NCBI RefSeq assembly: GCF_009914755.1
Contig: NC_060931.1
Source of the DNA: the human T2T-CHM13v2.0 reference genome, Homo sapiens
DNA: 64,000 nucleotides
Strand: one strand, 5' to 3'
Position 1 is the first letter of the stretch. The number at the start of each line of letters is the position of its first letter. Below are positions 26,136 to 39,557 of the stretch, piece after piece. Position numbers and translations under genes: made by a program. The notes under the pieces are model-generated. The model had not been told where the DNA came from and ran no database searches. It saw only the letters and a list, made by a program, of their open reading frames with translations.

Positions 26136-26779
26136 TATTTTGACTCTACTGACTTTTTTCGTTTATTTTTCCTCAACAAAGAGGACATCTTTAAAGATTT
26201 GTTCATTGTCCTTATGTGTGTGTGTGTGAGAGACACGATATACACCTGTCCTTTTGAGCAAGAGTCAAATTCTCATTGAGGTCAAGGTGTAATTTGTAGT
26301 TCAATTCCTTATTCGTAACCATTGAATGTGGCTCTGCCACACCAAGGTAAACGTCTTGCTGTCTCCATTATGTGCTTGGGTTACAGGTTGATTACACGTG
26401 ATCTATGATAATCTACAATCTATAGTCTACACTACTATAGTGTTGTTGTTTTTTTAAAATTATTTCCTTGCCTAAAAGTTCTATTTCAAAGTTGCAATAC
26501 TGCACCATAGGTTTCCCTCTACTTTCTGTGTAACAAGATGAGAAAAAACAAAAGAGGGAGGAGTGGGGAAATGGATAAGATAAACAAGGATTTTTAGTTT
26601 CCAAAGAAACTAAAAAAGTCATTATAGAATTAAAATATGCGCTAATGGCGATAAAGAGTAGAATGGAACTGTTTGTGTATTTGCTTTGTGGCTTTCTATA
26701 TTTTCCAAATGTTTTGATTTACTATCTCAGAATAGACTTAGATAATAAAAGTAACAAAAAGAAAATGAGATTTTTTTAA

Positions 26780-27610
26780 AATATCTTCACAATGATATAA
26801 AAATATCAAGTAATTCTGCATAATCTAATGGATGTGTTAGTTCTCTAGGGGAAAAAGTATAAAACTTAATGAGAGATATAAAAGATCAAAATAAATAGAT
26901 GAAGTGTGATCATGGATTGGAAAACTGAACATTTTAATGATGTTACTCTTCCAAAATTGATCTGTAGAGTAAATGAAATAGCAGTCTAAATTCTAACAGG
27001 CTTTTCTTTGGTGAAAATAAATAAGCTGGTTCTAAACTGTAGATGGAAAAGCCTAGGGCCAAGACTAGCCAAAACATTCTAGAAGAAGAACATGGAAGAA
27101 ATCTTTCTACCATACATAAAAGCTTATTGTAAAGAAAGAATCATAATGAAAGTGTAATTTGGCGTAAGAATAAACACATAAATTAATGGAATAGAATAGA
27201 GGACTCAAAAATTGATATATGCATTTATAAATGCTAGATTTATAACCAAGGTAGTGACAAAGAGTAGCTACAGTAAAAATAACTATGTTTTAATAAATGA
27301 GGCTGAGATGAATCGGTGTACATTTGAAAAAATGAAATTGGCCTGTTGCATCACACCATATACAAAAAGCAATTCTTGGTTGATGACAGATTGATGTGAA
27401 AAGTGAAACCATAAAGCTTTTAGAAGATAATATAGGAAAAATCTTAATAACCTCAGGTTAGAACATACTTTTACACACAAAAAAGCACACATCATAAGGA
27501 AAAGAACTGAAGAACTGTGCATGAAAAGATGCTACAAATAAAGTAGAGAGGAAAGCTATAGAATTAAAGATATTAGCAACATATAACTCTGACAAAGAAC
27601 TCTCATCCCT
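26780..27610 (+). mobile_element. Degraded L1M/L1ME ORF2 fragment
   Basis: tcatggattggaaaactgaacatt, ccaaaattgatctgtagag, aatggaatagaatagagg, tcacaccatatacaaaaagcaattc. Confidence 0.8.
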
Positions 27611-28317
27611 AAGGGGGCTGAATGAGCCTTTGTGGTTGATTCGTGGGTGACATTTCTAAGGCAGGGAGGCTACAGCTGCAAGAACAAAGTGCCTTTCTAT
27701 TTTGTTAGGCCAGTGGATTTGCTTTGCTTCTTGTTGGCCTTCCACATAGAGGCCACAGGGGCATTGTACATAGTTGAAATTTCGTTCACATTCTGACATT
27801 ATATAGGGTTTCATTTCTCCTTTGCAGTGCTGTGGTTTTCATTTTTTCTTTGTGTCTTCATATGTGTTTTAGGCAGGATTTGAAGTTGTCTGGCTCAAAC
27901 TTCAAGTCAGATGCGGTCTTAACCCTTTTTTTTTCTGTTCCTAAAATCTTTTTGTAATCTTTACTGTAGAATTCTTAATGTTGACATAAATTTATGAATT
28001 TGATATATTTTGTGTTTTCCTATATTCTCTGAAAATTATATCACAATATTCTTCTGTATTGAAAGATAGTCCTATATAATATTTCTAATTGAATAATTAC
28101 AATTTCTTTGTTCAGGTTGTAAGCTAACTAATTTACCATTCCCTTATCCTGGGGCATTTTAGATTCCCTTTTTCATAAAGACAAAAAAAATTTCAGTGAG
28201 AGACTTCTTGAATAAAACTTACAAGCCATAAAATTATATTTTAGATAAGTTCTCTGGAGTAAGATAACTAGGTCAATGTGTATAAGTAATTGTATGCTTT
28301 TAAAATATCTTGTAATT

Positions 28318-28604
<287 letters not shown>

Positions 28605-28620
28605 TTATTCTCTCTCTCGC

Positions 28621-28652
<32 letters not shown>

Positions 28653-28759
28653 AAAAAAAAAAACCACAAAAGAGGTGATTTTTTTCCTTTTGCCTTGTTT
28701 CTCAACTCACAGAGTTGCACAGCTGCACAGTTCCAGTACGTGAATTGACTTCTACTTTA

Positions 28760-29330
28760 ATTTATCATACCTGATTCAGTAAGTGATTCTGTAACCTTTA
28801 CTTTCAAACATCTCTGACACCATTGCCTTCTTTCTTCTCCATTGTCACCTTCCTCCCCAGTGAACAGAGGCAGCAGTAACCTAACTGGACTCTAGCCTTG
28901 CACTGAATCCTTCTTCTAGCCTCAGACTACTTCACATTGCCTTTAGAGACATCTCCCACATACAGTCATACCCATGTCATTCCACACCCTAAAAACTCCA
29001 ACGGTTCTCACACAAAATAGAGCCAGTCCTTAGCATGTCAGAACTTCCACACTTGATTCAGCCACCTCATCAGAGTCATATCCACACCCTCTTTGACCTG
29101 TGATCACACAAGTGAATTAGCCATTCCCCTAAAATGACTTAATTACAAACCATATCCCACCACTTATGAGACTGTGCACAGTCTCTACCAGATTTTCAGA
29201 CTTTCTTTAAGAAAGTTATATCTTAATCATATATGAATACCCTCATCTTCACCACCCCATGCCTAGCAGAAGGCCTAGCATGCATAGGATCTTTTTAGCT
29301 ATAACTAAAGGACTGAATTGAACTCAACTG
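28760..29330 (+). mobile_element. L2 fragments
   Basis: cagtaacctaactggactc, cccatgtcattccacaccctaaaaactccaacgg, catgcctagcagaaggcctagcatgcatagg. Confidence 0.6.
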
Positions 29331-29519
29331 GATTGACGGATGAACAATCCTTACTCAAAAGATATTGAATGTTCAGTATTTTTTTAATGGAAGTAATTTA
29401 TGCTGGTGCAGAGGTCTCTTTATGACAAGAGCCCATCTGAGATTTTGTAGGAACACTTAGAAAAGGATAGAAGTCTTGTTCATTACAGAAACTGATAACA
29501 CAAACTAGTTAGTTATAAC

Positions 29520-29635
29520 TAGAGGTGGTGACTTACACCTATAGCCCTAGCACTTTGGGAGGCCAAGGCGGTCGATCACCTGAGGTCAGGAGTTTGAGAC
29601 CAGCCCAGCCAACATGGTGAAACCCTGTCTCTAGT

Positions 29636-29666
<31 letters not shown>

Positions 29667-29670
29667 CAAA
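29520..29670 (+). mobile_element. Alu left monomer (AluS-type) ending in (CAAAA)n
   Basis: gcactttgggaggccaaggcggtcgatcacctgaggtcaggagtttgagaccagccc...ctctagtaaaac, no right arm. Confidence 0.9.
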
Positions 29671-29799
29671 CCTTGAAATTAAAGATAAATGTGCTAGAAC
29701 TAGTCATCAACATATAGTCCAAAACAACAACTAATTCTGCTCTCTCAATTTTCAAACTATAAAGAAACTGGACTACCTTCTAGAAACTTCCAATCCCAC

Positions 29800-30490
29800 A
29801 TAAATTCAAGCCCTAATCTCTTACCTGGACTGTGGCAGTATACTACCTCTTAACTGATCCCCTTCCTTCTTCTTTGTACTCTCCAAAATATTTTCAGTGC
29901 CCCAGTCAGAGTGATCCTGTTAAAACATTAGCCAGATCTTGCCCCACTCTCTTCCAGTCTAAACTTCCTAATAGCTTCCCATTACACTCAGAGTAATAAA
30001 CAAAAAAATTTTTTTAATAATCAACCAGAACCTAAATGACTTGATTCTCACTACCTCTTAAACTTCATCTCCTACTACCTTAACTTTCATTTACTGTGTT
30101 CCAATCATATTGACCTCTTTGCTGTTCCCTGAAAAATCACCCACTTCCCTACCTCAGCCTCTTTGATTTTTGTTGTTTTCTCTGCTTGGTATGTTCTCTT
30201 CTCAGATATACACACAACCACTTCCTTACTTCCTTTTGCCATCTAAAATTTCGACTCCTCCTGCCACAGTAGTTAATAATGCCCTTTTCTGCTTTATTTT
30301 GGTCTCTTGGCACTTAATGCTATCTGGCAGGGTATAGATTTTACTCTTATGCATTGTCTGCCTCACCAATGGAGAGTAAGCTCCATGTGGAAATGAATTT
30401 TTGTCATTTTTGTTTATTAATGATTTCCTGAAACCTAGGACAGAACTTAAGGAATAGCAGGGAATTGATTATGAAGTCAATAATGAGCAA
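29800..30490 (+). mobile_element. L2 (L2a-like) 3' region
   Basis: ctcttacctggactgtggcagta, cagtcagagtgatcctgttaaaaca, gagtaagctccatgtgg. Confidence 0.8.
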
Positions 30491-30621
30491 ATAAGAAATT
30501 CCATGGAGAAGAATTTGCTTTTTGGTTCACTACATGACATAGAATGAGACAGATATGACAACATGGTTTAAAATGTTTAAAAACTGAGAGGGTTAAAACA
30601 ATAGAATTTCTTGATGGAAAT

Positions 30622-30986
30622 TGTTATGGACTGAATGTTTGTCCCACCCCACCTCCAAATTCATGCATTAAAGCCTAGCTCTGTATTTGGAGATAAGGCC
30701 TTTATGGAGGTAATTAAGGTTAAATGAGGTCATAAGGGTAGGGACCTGATCTGCTAGGATTAGTCCTCATAAGCAGAAACGCCGGAGAGCTCACTGGCTC
30801 CCTGCCATGTGAGGACACAGCAAGAAGGTGGCCATCTGCACATAAGGGAGAGAGCCCTCACCAGGAACCAGATTGGATGGCACCTTGATGTTGGACTTTC
30901 CAGTCTCCAGAACTAGAAGAAATAAATTTCCGTTAAGACACCCAGGTTGTGGTATCTTGTTACAGCACCTGAAGGGGACTAAGATA
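30622..30986 (+). mobile_element. MaLR solo LTR (MLT1A/B-type) with perfect TSD
   Basis: tgttatggactgaatgtttgtcc...gactaagata; 5-bp TSD GAAAT at 30617-30621 and 30987-30991; inserted into a MIR. Confidence 0.93.
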
Positions 30987-30991
30987 GAAAT

Positions 30992-31155
30992 GTACCTTAA
31001 AACTAATCTAACCTAAGTCTCTTACTTAAAGGATAAGAAAACTGAAGCCAGAGAAGTTAAGTGGCTTTCTAAAGGTCACAAAGTCAGTATATACCAGAAC
31101 TAAACCCATTAACCACGTGGCAGTTCAGTGCTTTCTCTACTTACTATGCTGACTC
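30992..31155 (-). mobile_element. MIR (interrupted by the MLT1 LTR)
   Basis: gataagaaaactgaagccagagaagttaagtggctttctaaaggtcaca is the antisense MIR core. Confidence 0.8.
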
Positions 31156-31390
31156 TTATACCACTCTATGTAGTATATGATTAACATAAGGCAGACATTC
31201 TTAAACCTTATTCTCATGGAACTCTGTTCTTCCAAAGGCTGTAGCAGGCATTTTGCTATTAAAAGTTAAGGGTGATGGTCTTTTCACAATATCTTATGGG
31301 GGTATTTAACTGATTTTTTTCACTACAGTTTTCACTACAGTTTTGTGTTTTTTGCCAATAAATTTTTCTTTTCCTATAAATACAAAAGAA

Positions 31391-31508
31391 ATATATATAT
31401 ATATTTATATATATATTTATAAATATATTTATATATATATTTATAAATATATATATTTATATATATTTATAAATATATATATTTATATATATATTTATAT
31501 ATATATAT
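31391..31508. repeat. Interrupted (TA)n, 100% AT
   Basis: Directly visible; includes repeated palindromes such as atatatttataaatatat. Confidence 0.95.
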
Positions 31509-31839
31509 CTGAAGAAATTCTGAACCATAATTCTCTAAAAGTAATTCTGTCCTTTGGAGATGTAGTAGGATGGATACATTAAATATGGGTAAATTTTCTG
31601 CTGGTACAATTGATCCTAATTCAAATGACAGAATTAATGCTACTCAGAATTTTATTGTGGGGATCAGAAAAGTCAAAAAGAGTCCCTTGACTTTTCAGAG
31701 CCCTGCTTCCTGGACTTGTTTGAAAGGCACTGATGTAACAGCATGACACAGCTGCTCAAAAGCTATTATGAGCCTAGGCTGAATCAATAGAAGATAAGTG
31801 TGCAAATCACAGAGATCTCAGTCCCTCTGGACTTGGCAC

Positions 31840-32280
31840 TATTAGAACATGTGCATGTTATTATATCTATCTGTTGTCTATTCCTGGATCCTATCTTTAA
31901 GGTGTTACTGACTGGCATTCATGGGTAATGTTAAAGGAATAGGGAATAGTTTGGGAAGTGATGACTTAGGGGAATAAGAAGCTGTTTTCAGAACTTTGAA
32001 GGGCTGAAATAATGAGGGAATGGATTTGTTTTGTATTGTTTCATGTGCAAAATCAAGCTCTGTGCACAAACACTGCAGAGAAGTAGTTTTTCACTCAATA
32101 TAAGACCAATTAGAGTTGTTATCCCTGGAACTGTTCCCTAGTAAAAGTAATAAAATGTGTTGAAAAGTACTAGAAATGTACCAGCCATCAATCCAGAATA
32201 TACAGAGGAAATCCTGTTTAGGAAGTGATTTAAAACAGTTGATCTCAAAAGGCTATTACAACACAAAGATTCTGCCCTTC
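31840..32280 (+). mobile_element. L3/CR1 LINE 3' fragment
   Basis: gctgttttcagaactttgaagggctg...gagggaatggatttgttttgt...tttcactcaatataaga resembles the L3 3' consensus. Confidence 0.65.
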
Positions 32281-34749
32281 TATGAATACAAAGAACTGGA
32301 TTATTTATTATAACGAATATGTTACAAGCAAGTGCAATGGCTGGGTTTTTTTTTTTTTTTTCATGCCTTGTAAAGGGGAAGAGGGTAAAGGTAGAAAGGC
32401 CCTGGATGACTAAAATGAATGTAAAAGGAAAAAGAAAAAAAATGAATGAAGAGGAAAAAGGAAAAGAAACTGTAAATGCACAATTTGCCTAAGTCTTGGC
32501 CTGTTTTTCAATGAGAAACTCTGCACTGAGATAAATTCTATTCCTGGTGGCTGCCCATGCACACACGTGGATTAATGCCTTGGCTGTCTTAAAAAGTCAG
32601 CTACAGTCTCTGAGACCCTCAATTTTTACTTAGCTGCTGAGATATTCATGAATGCTATATAAAAGGAGAAAGAAAACCATTAGAAGAAATATTTTCAAGG
32701 ATGATATTTCAAATTATTGCTTATTTAAATAAATATTGCTACCTTACATTAAAGAGATAATAAGATACTAAAAGCTTGAAAATTTTTTTTGATTCTAAGA
32801 GCAGGTAGAACATACTTATCCTTAAATAACACCTTTTCCTTTTAATAACATCTAAGCAATGAGATTTTTACCTTTTTTTCTTGGTGGTTTCTTCTTTAGT
32901 CATTTGTTTCTTTCTTTAATGAGTCCTTCCTAATGATGTTTTATTTTTCACACTTTTATCTGTTTTCTCTTTTTATTAATGCTTATAGTATTCATTTTTA
33001 TTTTTGTAGTATATTTTATTCTTTTTCTCTTTTGAAAAGTCATACTTGAATAAAGTACATGTCTCAAAAAAAGACAAGGACTTTTGCATTTTATATTGAT
33101 TCCTTAATTTTAAAATTTTTAGGTTAAGAATAATTCTGTACTATCCATAAGTATTGCTTTATGATGACTATGCTTAAGTTGTTGGTATATGTTATAATAT
33201 AGCATTTCAACCCCAAATACAGATTTCTGTTCTGTACTCTTGGGAATTTATGGAGGAGGAGAAGACAAAATTTACCTTCTTCAAGTCTAAAAATTATCAC
33301 ATTTGGGACACATAAATCCCCATGTATCTCTTTAAGGACAGCATATTATTTTTAAAATTAAAATATAAATGTCTAAAGTAGAGAAAAAATAAGTTCACCT
33401 TGTCCTTATATGGAAATTAAAGATGGTTGCTTAAAGAATAATTTAGAATGGCAAATGTCTGAAGGTTTGCTGTAAATTCCCTGAGATCTTATATGATGTT
33501 CACACCGACTCAGACACATACAAATGTCATCTCTACAGAACGGCCCTGAAGAGAGCAATCCTGGGAGCCCGGTTCCCCTGTTGAGGCCCCTACTTGGGTC
33601 AGCCCTATAGGGCAGCAGCTTGTACACTGGGCCCTGCTCCCCTTCCCTCTCCTACTGACTTCAATTCCATTGTTTTTTCAAGACCTTTCTAAGTGGCAGG
33701 AATAAAACTGATGATTTAATCTATACCAAGACATTAATGATTAATAGTGGCCCCATATATTTTCCCTTACATTTAATGTTTGTATTATAAGGGCTTTTTA
33801 TGCCTTAGCTGAAAGTGGTGGTAGGAATTTTAGGCCCACATCATACACACATCTGCAAATAACCAATCTTTTTCTCATAGCTATAATTATGCATTGGCAT
33901 TTTATTTACTTCCTGCAATTTCTCTAAGTGCATCATTTTGTTCTATATATAGTATTTTAAATAATACATCTTTAGCCTGATGTATTTTTGAAATATTTGT
34001 GGATGCTAATCCTATCTCTGTCACAGAGCTTATTTATACACACACATCTTTCTCCTCCTGCCTTAAACCCCTTGGTTTATTCTTCCCTTGTTCCAGTTTA
34101 CTCTCCTATGGAACTTTTTACCATTTGATGAGATATTTTTAAGGAATTTGCAGATAATAGGAGCTTCCAGAATACCTTCACCTGACTCATGCTTCGGCAT
34201 AAAGTCCCCATATTATCCCAAAACTCATCTACATGTTTAGTTTTCAATTTTCTTATAGCCTTTTGATTACAGTGCCACTGAAAATATGTCATATTTATTG
34301 CTTTATCCACTGCTTTCTGAACATAGACAGAGACACTGTAATATTTTTCTAATACTTTGGAATAAAAAGAAGATAGATTATTTGTTGAATAAATATGTAA
34401 ATACTAAAACACAAGTTACTTTCTTGTCATCATGCTATAGTCTTCATATGCTTTACACAGAGTATGATTTGGGGTAAACCCTAGTAAAGCTGAGGAACAT
34501 ATAAAATGTTCAGGAATCACATTCTGGAATAATCATTTAATGTTTATGCCATGCTAAAAGAGTTGGGACTATTATCTGTGGAATTAAAATTTGGAGAAAA
34601 GAAATGGTAAGATTAGCCCACTGATTGATAAGCCAGAGGTAGCACCTGTAGTTTCATGGAGGCCACAGCTCAGTGATACCTCGGTCCCTGAACTGGAAAA
34701 TAAAGCTAAGCTTCCATTTGCAGATGTTCCAGAAAAAAATAAATTTTAT

Positions 34750-34890
34750 ATTTGTGTTTTTACTGTATTTTTGGTAGAGACGGGGTTTCACCATGTTGGC
34801 CAGGCTGGTCTTGAACTCCTGACCTCATAATCTGCCTGCCTTGGTCTCCCAAAGTGCTGGGATTACAGGCCTGAGCCACCGCGCCCGGCC
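34750..34890 (-). mobile_element. AluS (Sg-like) left monomer flanked by probable 20-bp TSD
   Basis: Only the left arm is present; flanks cagaaaaaaataaattttat (34730-34749) / tggaaagaaagaaattttat (34891-34910), 16/20. Confidence 0.9.
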
Positions 34891-37349
34891 TGGAAAGAAA
34901 GAAATTTTATGAAATCAAAGGAGCTGCTATATCTTTTTCTTTTGTAACAAACATAGGAATTTTCTTACTGGAACAAACCCATAGTTGACCTCTTATAGTA
35001 CTCTATGTGTGGAAGGGAGAAAACATTGGTACTTCTACAAATGGGTTTCACCACCTTTTATAATAAAAACAGAAGATATTCACAAAAATAGCTAAAAATA
35101 AGGCTAGCATGAGAAATACACAAATTACTCTTTTTCTATTATGAAATTAGCATGCAATCTTTTTTTTTGTAAGCAATCCAACCATTTCAAAGAGGGTGTA
35201 CCCTCCAGATAATAGTGAATAAAAAATTCAGTGAAAGAAAGTAAGCTTATAGCTGCTATAATTTTCAGAACCATTATGCATCCTCTTGCAGCTGGTTTTG
35301 TTGGTGCTGCTAAGCGCATCCTCCTGGGCCCATCCACTTAGTATTTATGGGCATCAACTAAGGATTGAAGACGGGAGATTAGAATAAATGTAAATCTTAG
35401 TGGATATAAGATTTTTGATGAAAATGTTTAAACGGTACTTGTATGCCACACAAGACCAATGGCAATTTTCATGTTGGTCGTAATGTTTATAAATTTAGGT
35501 ATATAAATGAAGGAGAAACGTAGAGTAGAAGAAAAAAAGATCTCTGTCTTTACATATAAAAGGGCTGAAACAAATAATTACTCTTTATGCTTTGTCAGAT
35601 GGTTTATAGTTTATTATGATCAATGTAATCTCATTTTTTCAAGCTTTTTTTTAGCAATCCCGAAGTGCAGGAAGATACACGCTGTTGCAAAACTGTTAAA
35701 TGACTGAATCAGGACTCCAAGCCATGTTTTCTGACTTCAAGACCTGTATTTAAATTCCTATAGTATTCTTGGAAAATACTAGACTCAGGGATGTTTTCAC
35801 AGAGTAATATGTTTTGAAAAATGTGTCTGCGAAACTGCCTTAAAACTTGCTATCTCCTGCAAGTCATCTGGAGTTCACCAGAAGTCTACCTTTTCAACTA
35901 GTTTCCTTATATAGGAATTTTAAAAAGTGAGCAGAAAAGCATCACACTTTACTTTTGAGAAATGTGAGGCCTCCTTGAAAGCATAATCTATTCCCTTTTA
36001 ACAAATACATAGCTCACAGTAATGCAGAGTATGAGACTAGGTAGAGTGATTTTAGATGTAGTTATTTTTCCTATTTCCTTATGCCACAAAATCATTTTTT
36101 CACATACCTTGTGTAATTCCTGTGAATGATTTTCAAGGGATCTTTTGGCATGTACAATTATTTATCATCAAATATTTGTAAATGAAAGTTCTAGAGGATG
36201 AGACAGAATATAGACAGCTAATCTTACGACTGCTCTGAATGACAGGCACAGAGGCAACACAGACATTTCTGAAGGAGCAAAATGTCAGTCTGCAAAATTG
36301 CCTTTCCTAGTTTGATATTGGTCCTCACTGCTCAGAAATGAAAACGGAAAACATTCACGAGGCATTCTAGTATAATTGCCAGTGGCTGCTTCACTATATA
36401 CAGTTAATTAGTATATGCATCCATACTTTTAAAAAGCAATACTTTTACATTAACAAACCAATTGTTAATTTAAAAATTAACAGGTTTTTTTTAAAGTTTT
36501 AATATTATAAGAATATTTCTGAGGTCAGTATTTATACCTCTACAGATCTACATCTAGCCACAGAAAATCCAAAATATAATTTACTTTGGAAATAAAGTTT
36601 CCCATCTGCTGGTCCTTAAGAGTAATTGCTGGTTTCACTTTGAATTATCAAAATGACATTCAGGACCAAAAAATAAGAGGCATGAAACTACTTTCATTGC
36701 TACTGTCAGCAAGTGAATGATTCACTTTGAATTTGCCTGAAGTTGTCTTACAGAACACCTGTCCAAGCTCATTCCGGTTCCCCTTTTGACGCTTTTCTTC
36801 ACTCCTCTCCTAGCAAATAAATAGGGTTTCTTAGTCTAACACAAGGAATAGAAGTATAAGAAGTGGGGTCTGCTAGTAATAAGGCTTCAGGTATGTGCCT
36901 TAGGAAGTGTTTTGTTTGTTTGTTGAATGTGAAAGACTTAGCCAGGAAGGGAGAATACCATTTGCATGTATAATTTTCCAGGTTCTGTTTAAAACAGGTA
37001 TTCTTTTTTCTACTTCCAAGTGAGGAGACAGGTTCCTCTGAATAGAGAAATCCTACACTCTGCTTAATATCACTTTCTGGGACAAATTTGGTTCTTATAG
37101 TTCTCCAGTGGTTACAGAATATCAAATGCAGCAAGGACCCTGGAGCTTCAGTAACTATTGGTAACTTATTAGTTGCCTCTTTTGCCAAGATAATGGCAAA
37201 AAGGAAATAATGAAAATGACATATTTTTATATTTCTGTATGGCAGTGCTGATATTTTCTTAGATCATTTTTCTAATATTAGAGGAGCTCTTTATGTTGCC
37301 TTATGACTGCTGACATTTCATTTACTTAATAAAATCAAGTTAGCAGTAG

Positions 37350-37500
37350 ACTGTTGTAGAAAGGTAGCTGGACACTAAGTAGAAGAACTGGGCTCAAGTC
37401 TCAGATTTGTCCCTTTTGCCTGTGGTAATGGCAAATAAGTCACCTAACTCCCTGGGGCTTACACTGCTCACCCTTGAGAAAAAGAGATTGGACTTGCAGC
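37350..37500 (+). mobile_element. MIR fragment
   Basis: agaagaactgggctcaagtctcaga...aagtcacctaactccctggggctt. Confidence 0.65.
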
Positions 37501-37821
37501 TTTTACAGTGGCAGTGGACATGGCTAGAGCTTGGATAGTGCTGACGGGGTTCAGGAAATACTAAGGAGGATGAAGCTTTGCAGATGGTAAAATTATTAAT
37601 CTATGCAATCTTCAGTTATGGCATCACCTGAAGACTCTCAGAATCTCCAGTTCTATACTTAATGAATGACTTTGAAGAGGAGGATCTATCAAAAGACTGG
37701 ATCCCTCTGCATATTGTTTACAATCAGGTTAGAACTTAGATTAAATCTCAAGGAAAACAAGACTCCTAAAAGCTTACTAGTCAAGGAAGCCTTTCATGCA
37801 CCTGATAGAATCCTCCATTCA

Positions 37822-38158
<337 letters not shown>

Positions 38159-38447
38159 CTAAAGGGGGCCAGGATGTTGATTTTGTTCCAGTGCGTGTCT
38201 AATACCCAATCAGAAGATTATAGACATCTATCTCACCATTTGAGTAAATGCAAAATAAAAATAAATTACTACGAAACATTTGAAAGTTAGTGAATAAAAT
38301 AGGTTGAATTCAGTAAGTGCTAAGGTCATTTCTAGGTTCAAATATTTTTGCAAAATCAGGAAGGTGCAAAGGCAAAGCACAAGCGTGCTAACAGCAAATG
38401 TGAAAAGTATGTCTTGCAGCCAAGGCATTCTATTTGTATTTTGCCTG

Positions 38448-38815
38448 TGTCTTAGTCCATTAGGGCTGCTACAACAAAATACCTTAAAATGGGTAATTTA
38501 TAAATAATAGAAATGTATTGCTCATTGTTTGGGAGGCTGGGAAGTCCAAAAGCAAGGTGCCAGCAGATTGGGTGTCTGGTGGGAAGCCACTCTCTACTTT
38601 ACAGATAGTTCCTTCTTGCAGCATCCTCACATAGCGGAAGTGGTAAAGAAGCTCTCTCAGGCCTCTTATATAAAATAAGCACTAATCGCATTCTTGAGGG
38701 TGGAATCCTAATGACCAAATTACCTCTGAAAGGTCCCAACACTTAATACCATTGCATTAGGGGTTCAGTCTCAATGTATAAATTTTGAGGGGACACAAAA
38801 ATTTAGACCACAGCA
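38448..38815 (-). mobile_element. MaLR solo LTR (MLT1A-type) with perfect TSD
   Basis: tgtcttagtccattagggctgct...agaccacagca; TSD GCCTG at 38443-38447 and 38816-38820. Confidence 0.93.
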
Positions 38816-38963
38816 GCCTGTTTATGTCATTTCCTCTGAACCATAATCATTGCTCCACCCGCTAATTTTACTCTCTCTCTCCTCTGCCTTCTCAGCTATC
38901 TACAATCAGGTTGTATAGTAACTATTTATGTGCTAATCATCTGTGATTGTCACCTTAGGGTAT

Positions 38964-39310
38964 AATCAAGAAAATGATGCATAATGTTGGGAAATAATAC
39001 TGCAGTTTAAATCATATCCATATTATATTTTTAAGCAAATTAAGAAATTTGAAACCATGTAATTAGAAGCAGTATCTTCTTATCTCTAAATATTCAAAGT
39101 ATGGACAGTGCCAGGTACATTCACAGCCATTCTAATATTTGCCAAATGAAGCAAGCCTTTTTCAAATGAAATAACGTAGTTTTCACTTAAACAATCCCTA
39201 GTGTGAAATCAAGAAAATAATGCATAATGTTGGAAATTAATACTGAAATCTAAATTATATCAATATTGTATGTTTTAGGTAAGTTGGGAATTGTGTGCCC
39301 ATGTAATTAG
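38964..39310. repeat. Diverged direct duplication of about 104 bp
   Basis: 38964-39066 vs 39207-39310, about 80% identical by manual alignment. Confidence 0.9.
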
Positions 39311-39557
39311 CGAGTTCATAAAATTATATTTTAACTGCTTTTCCTTCAAATTGTAGGCTTTTCTGAGAGTTTAGTTGCTATTGTTGTTTTGTCTTCATTG
39401 TTGTTTGTGAATTTGCAAGCACATTTTAAGTTTTCCATTTAAGAATAAGTTGTATAGAAATTTAATAGACTTACTACAGGTGTCCATATTACCCAAGCCT
39501 CTGGGCTGTTTGGTTCTCTCCAAATGGAATGTTGAGATCAAAATCCTTTTTGGTGCT

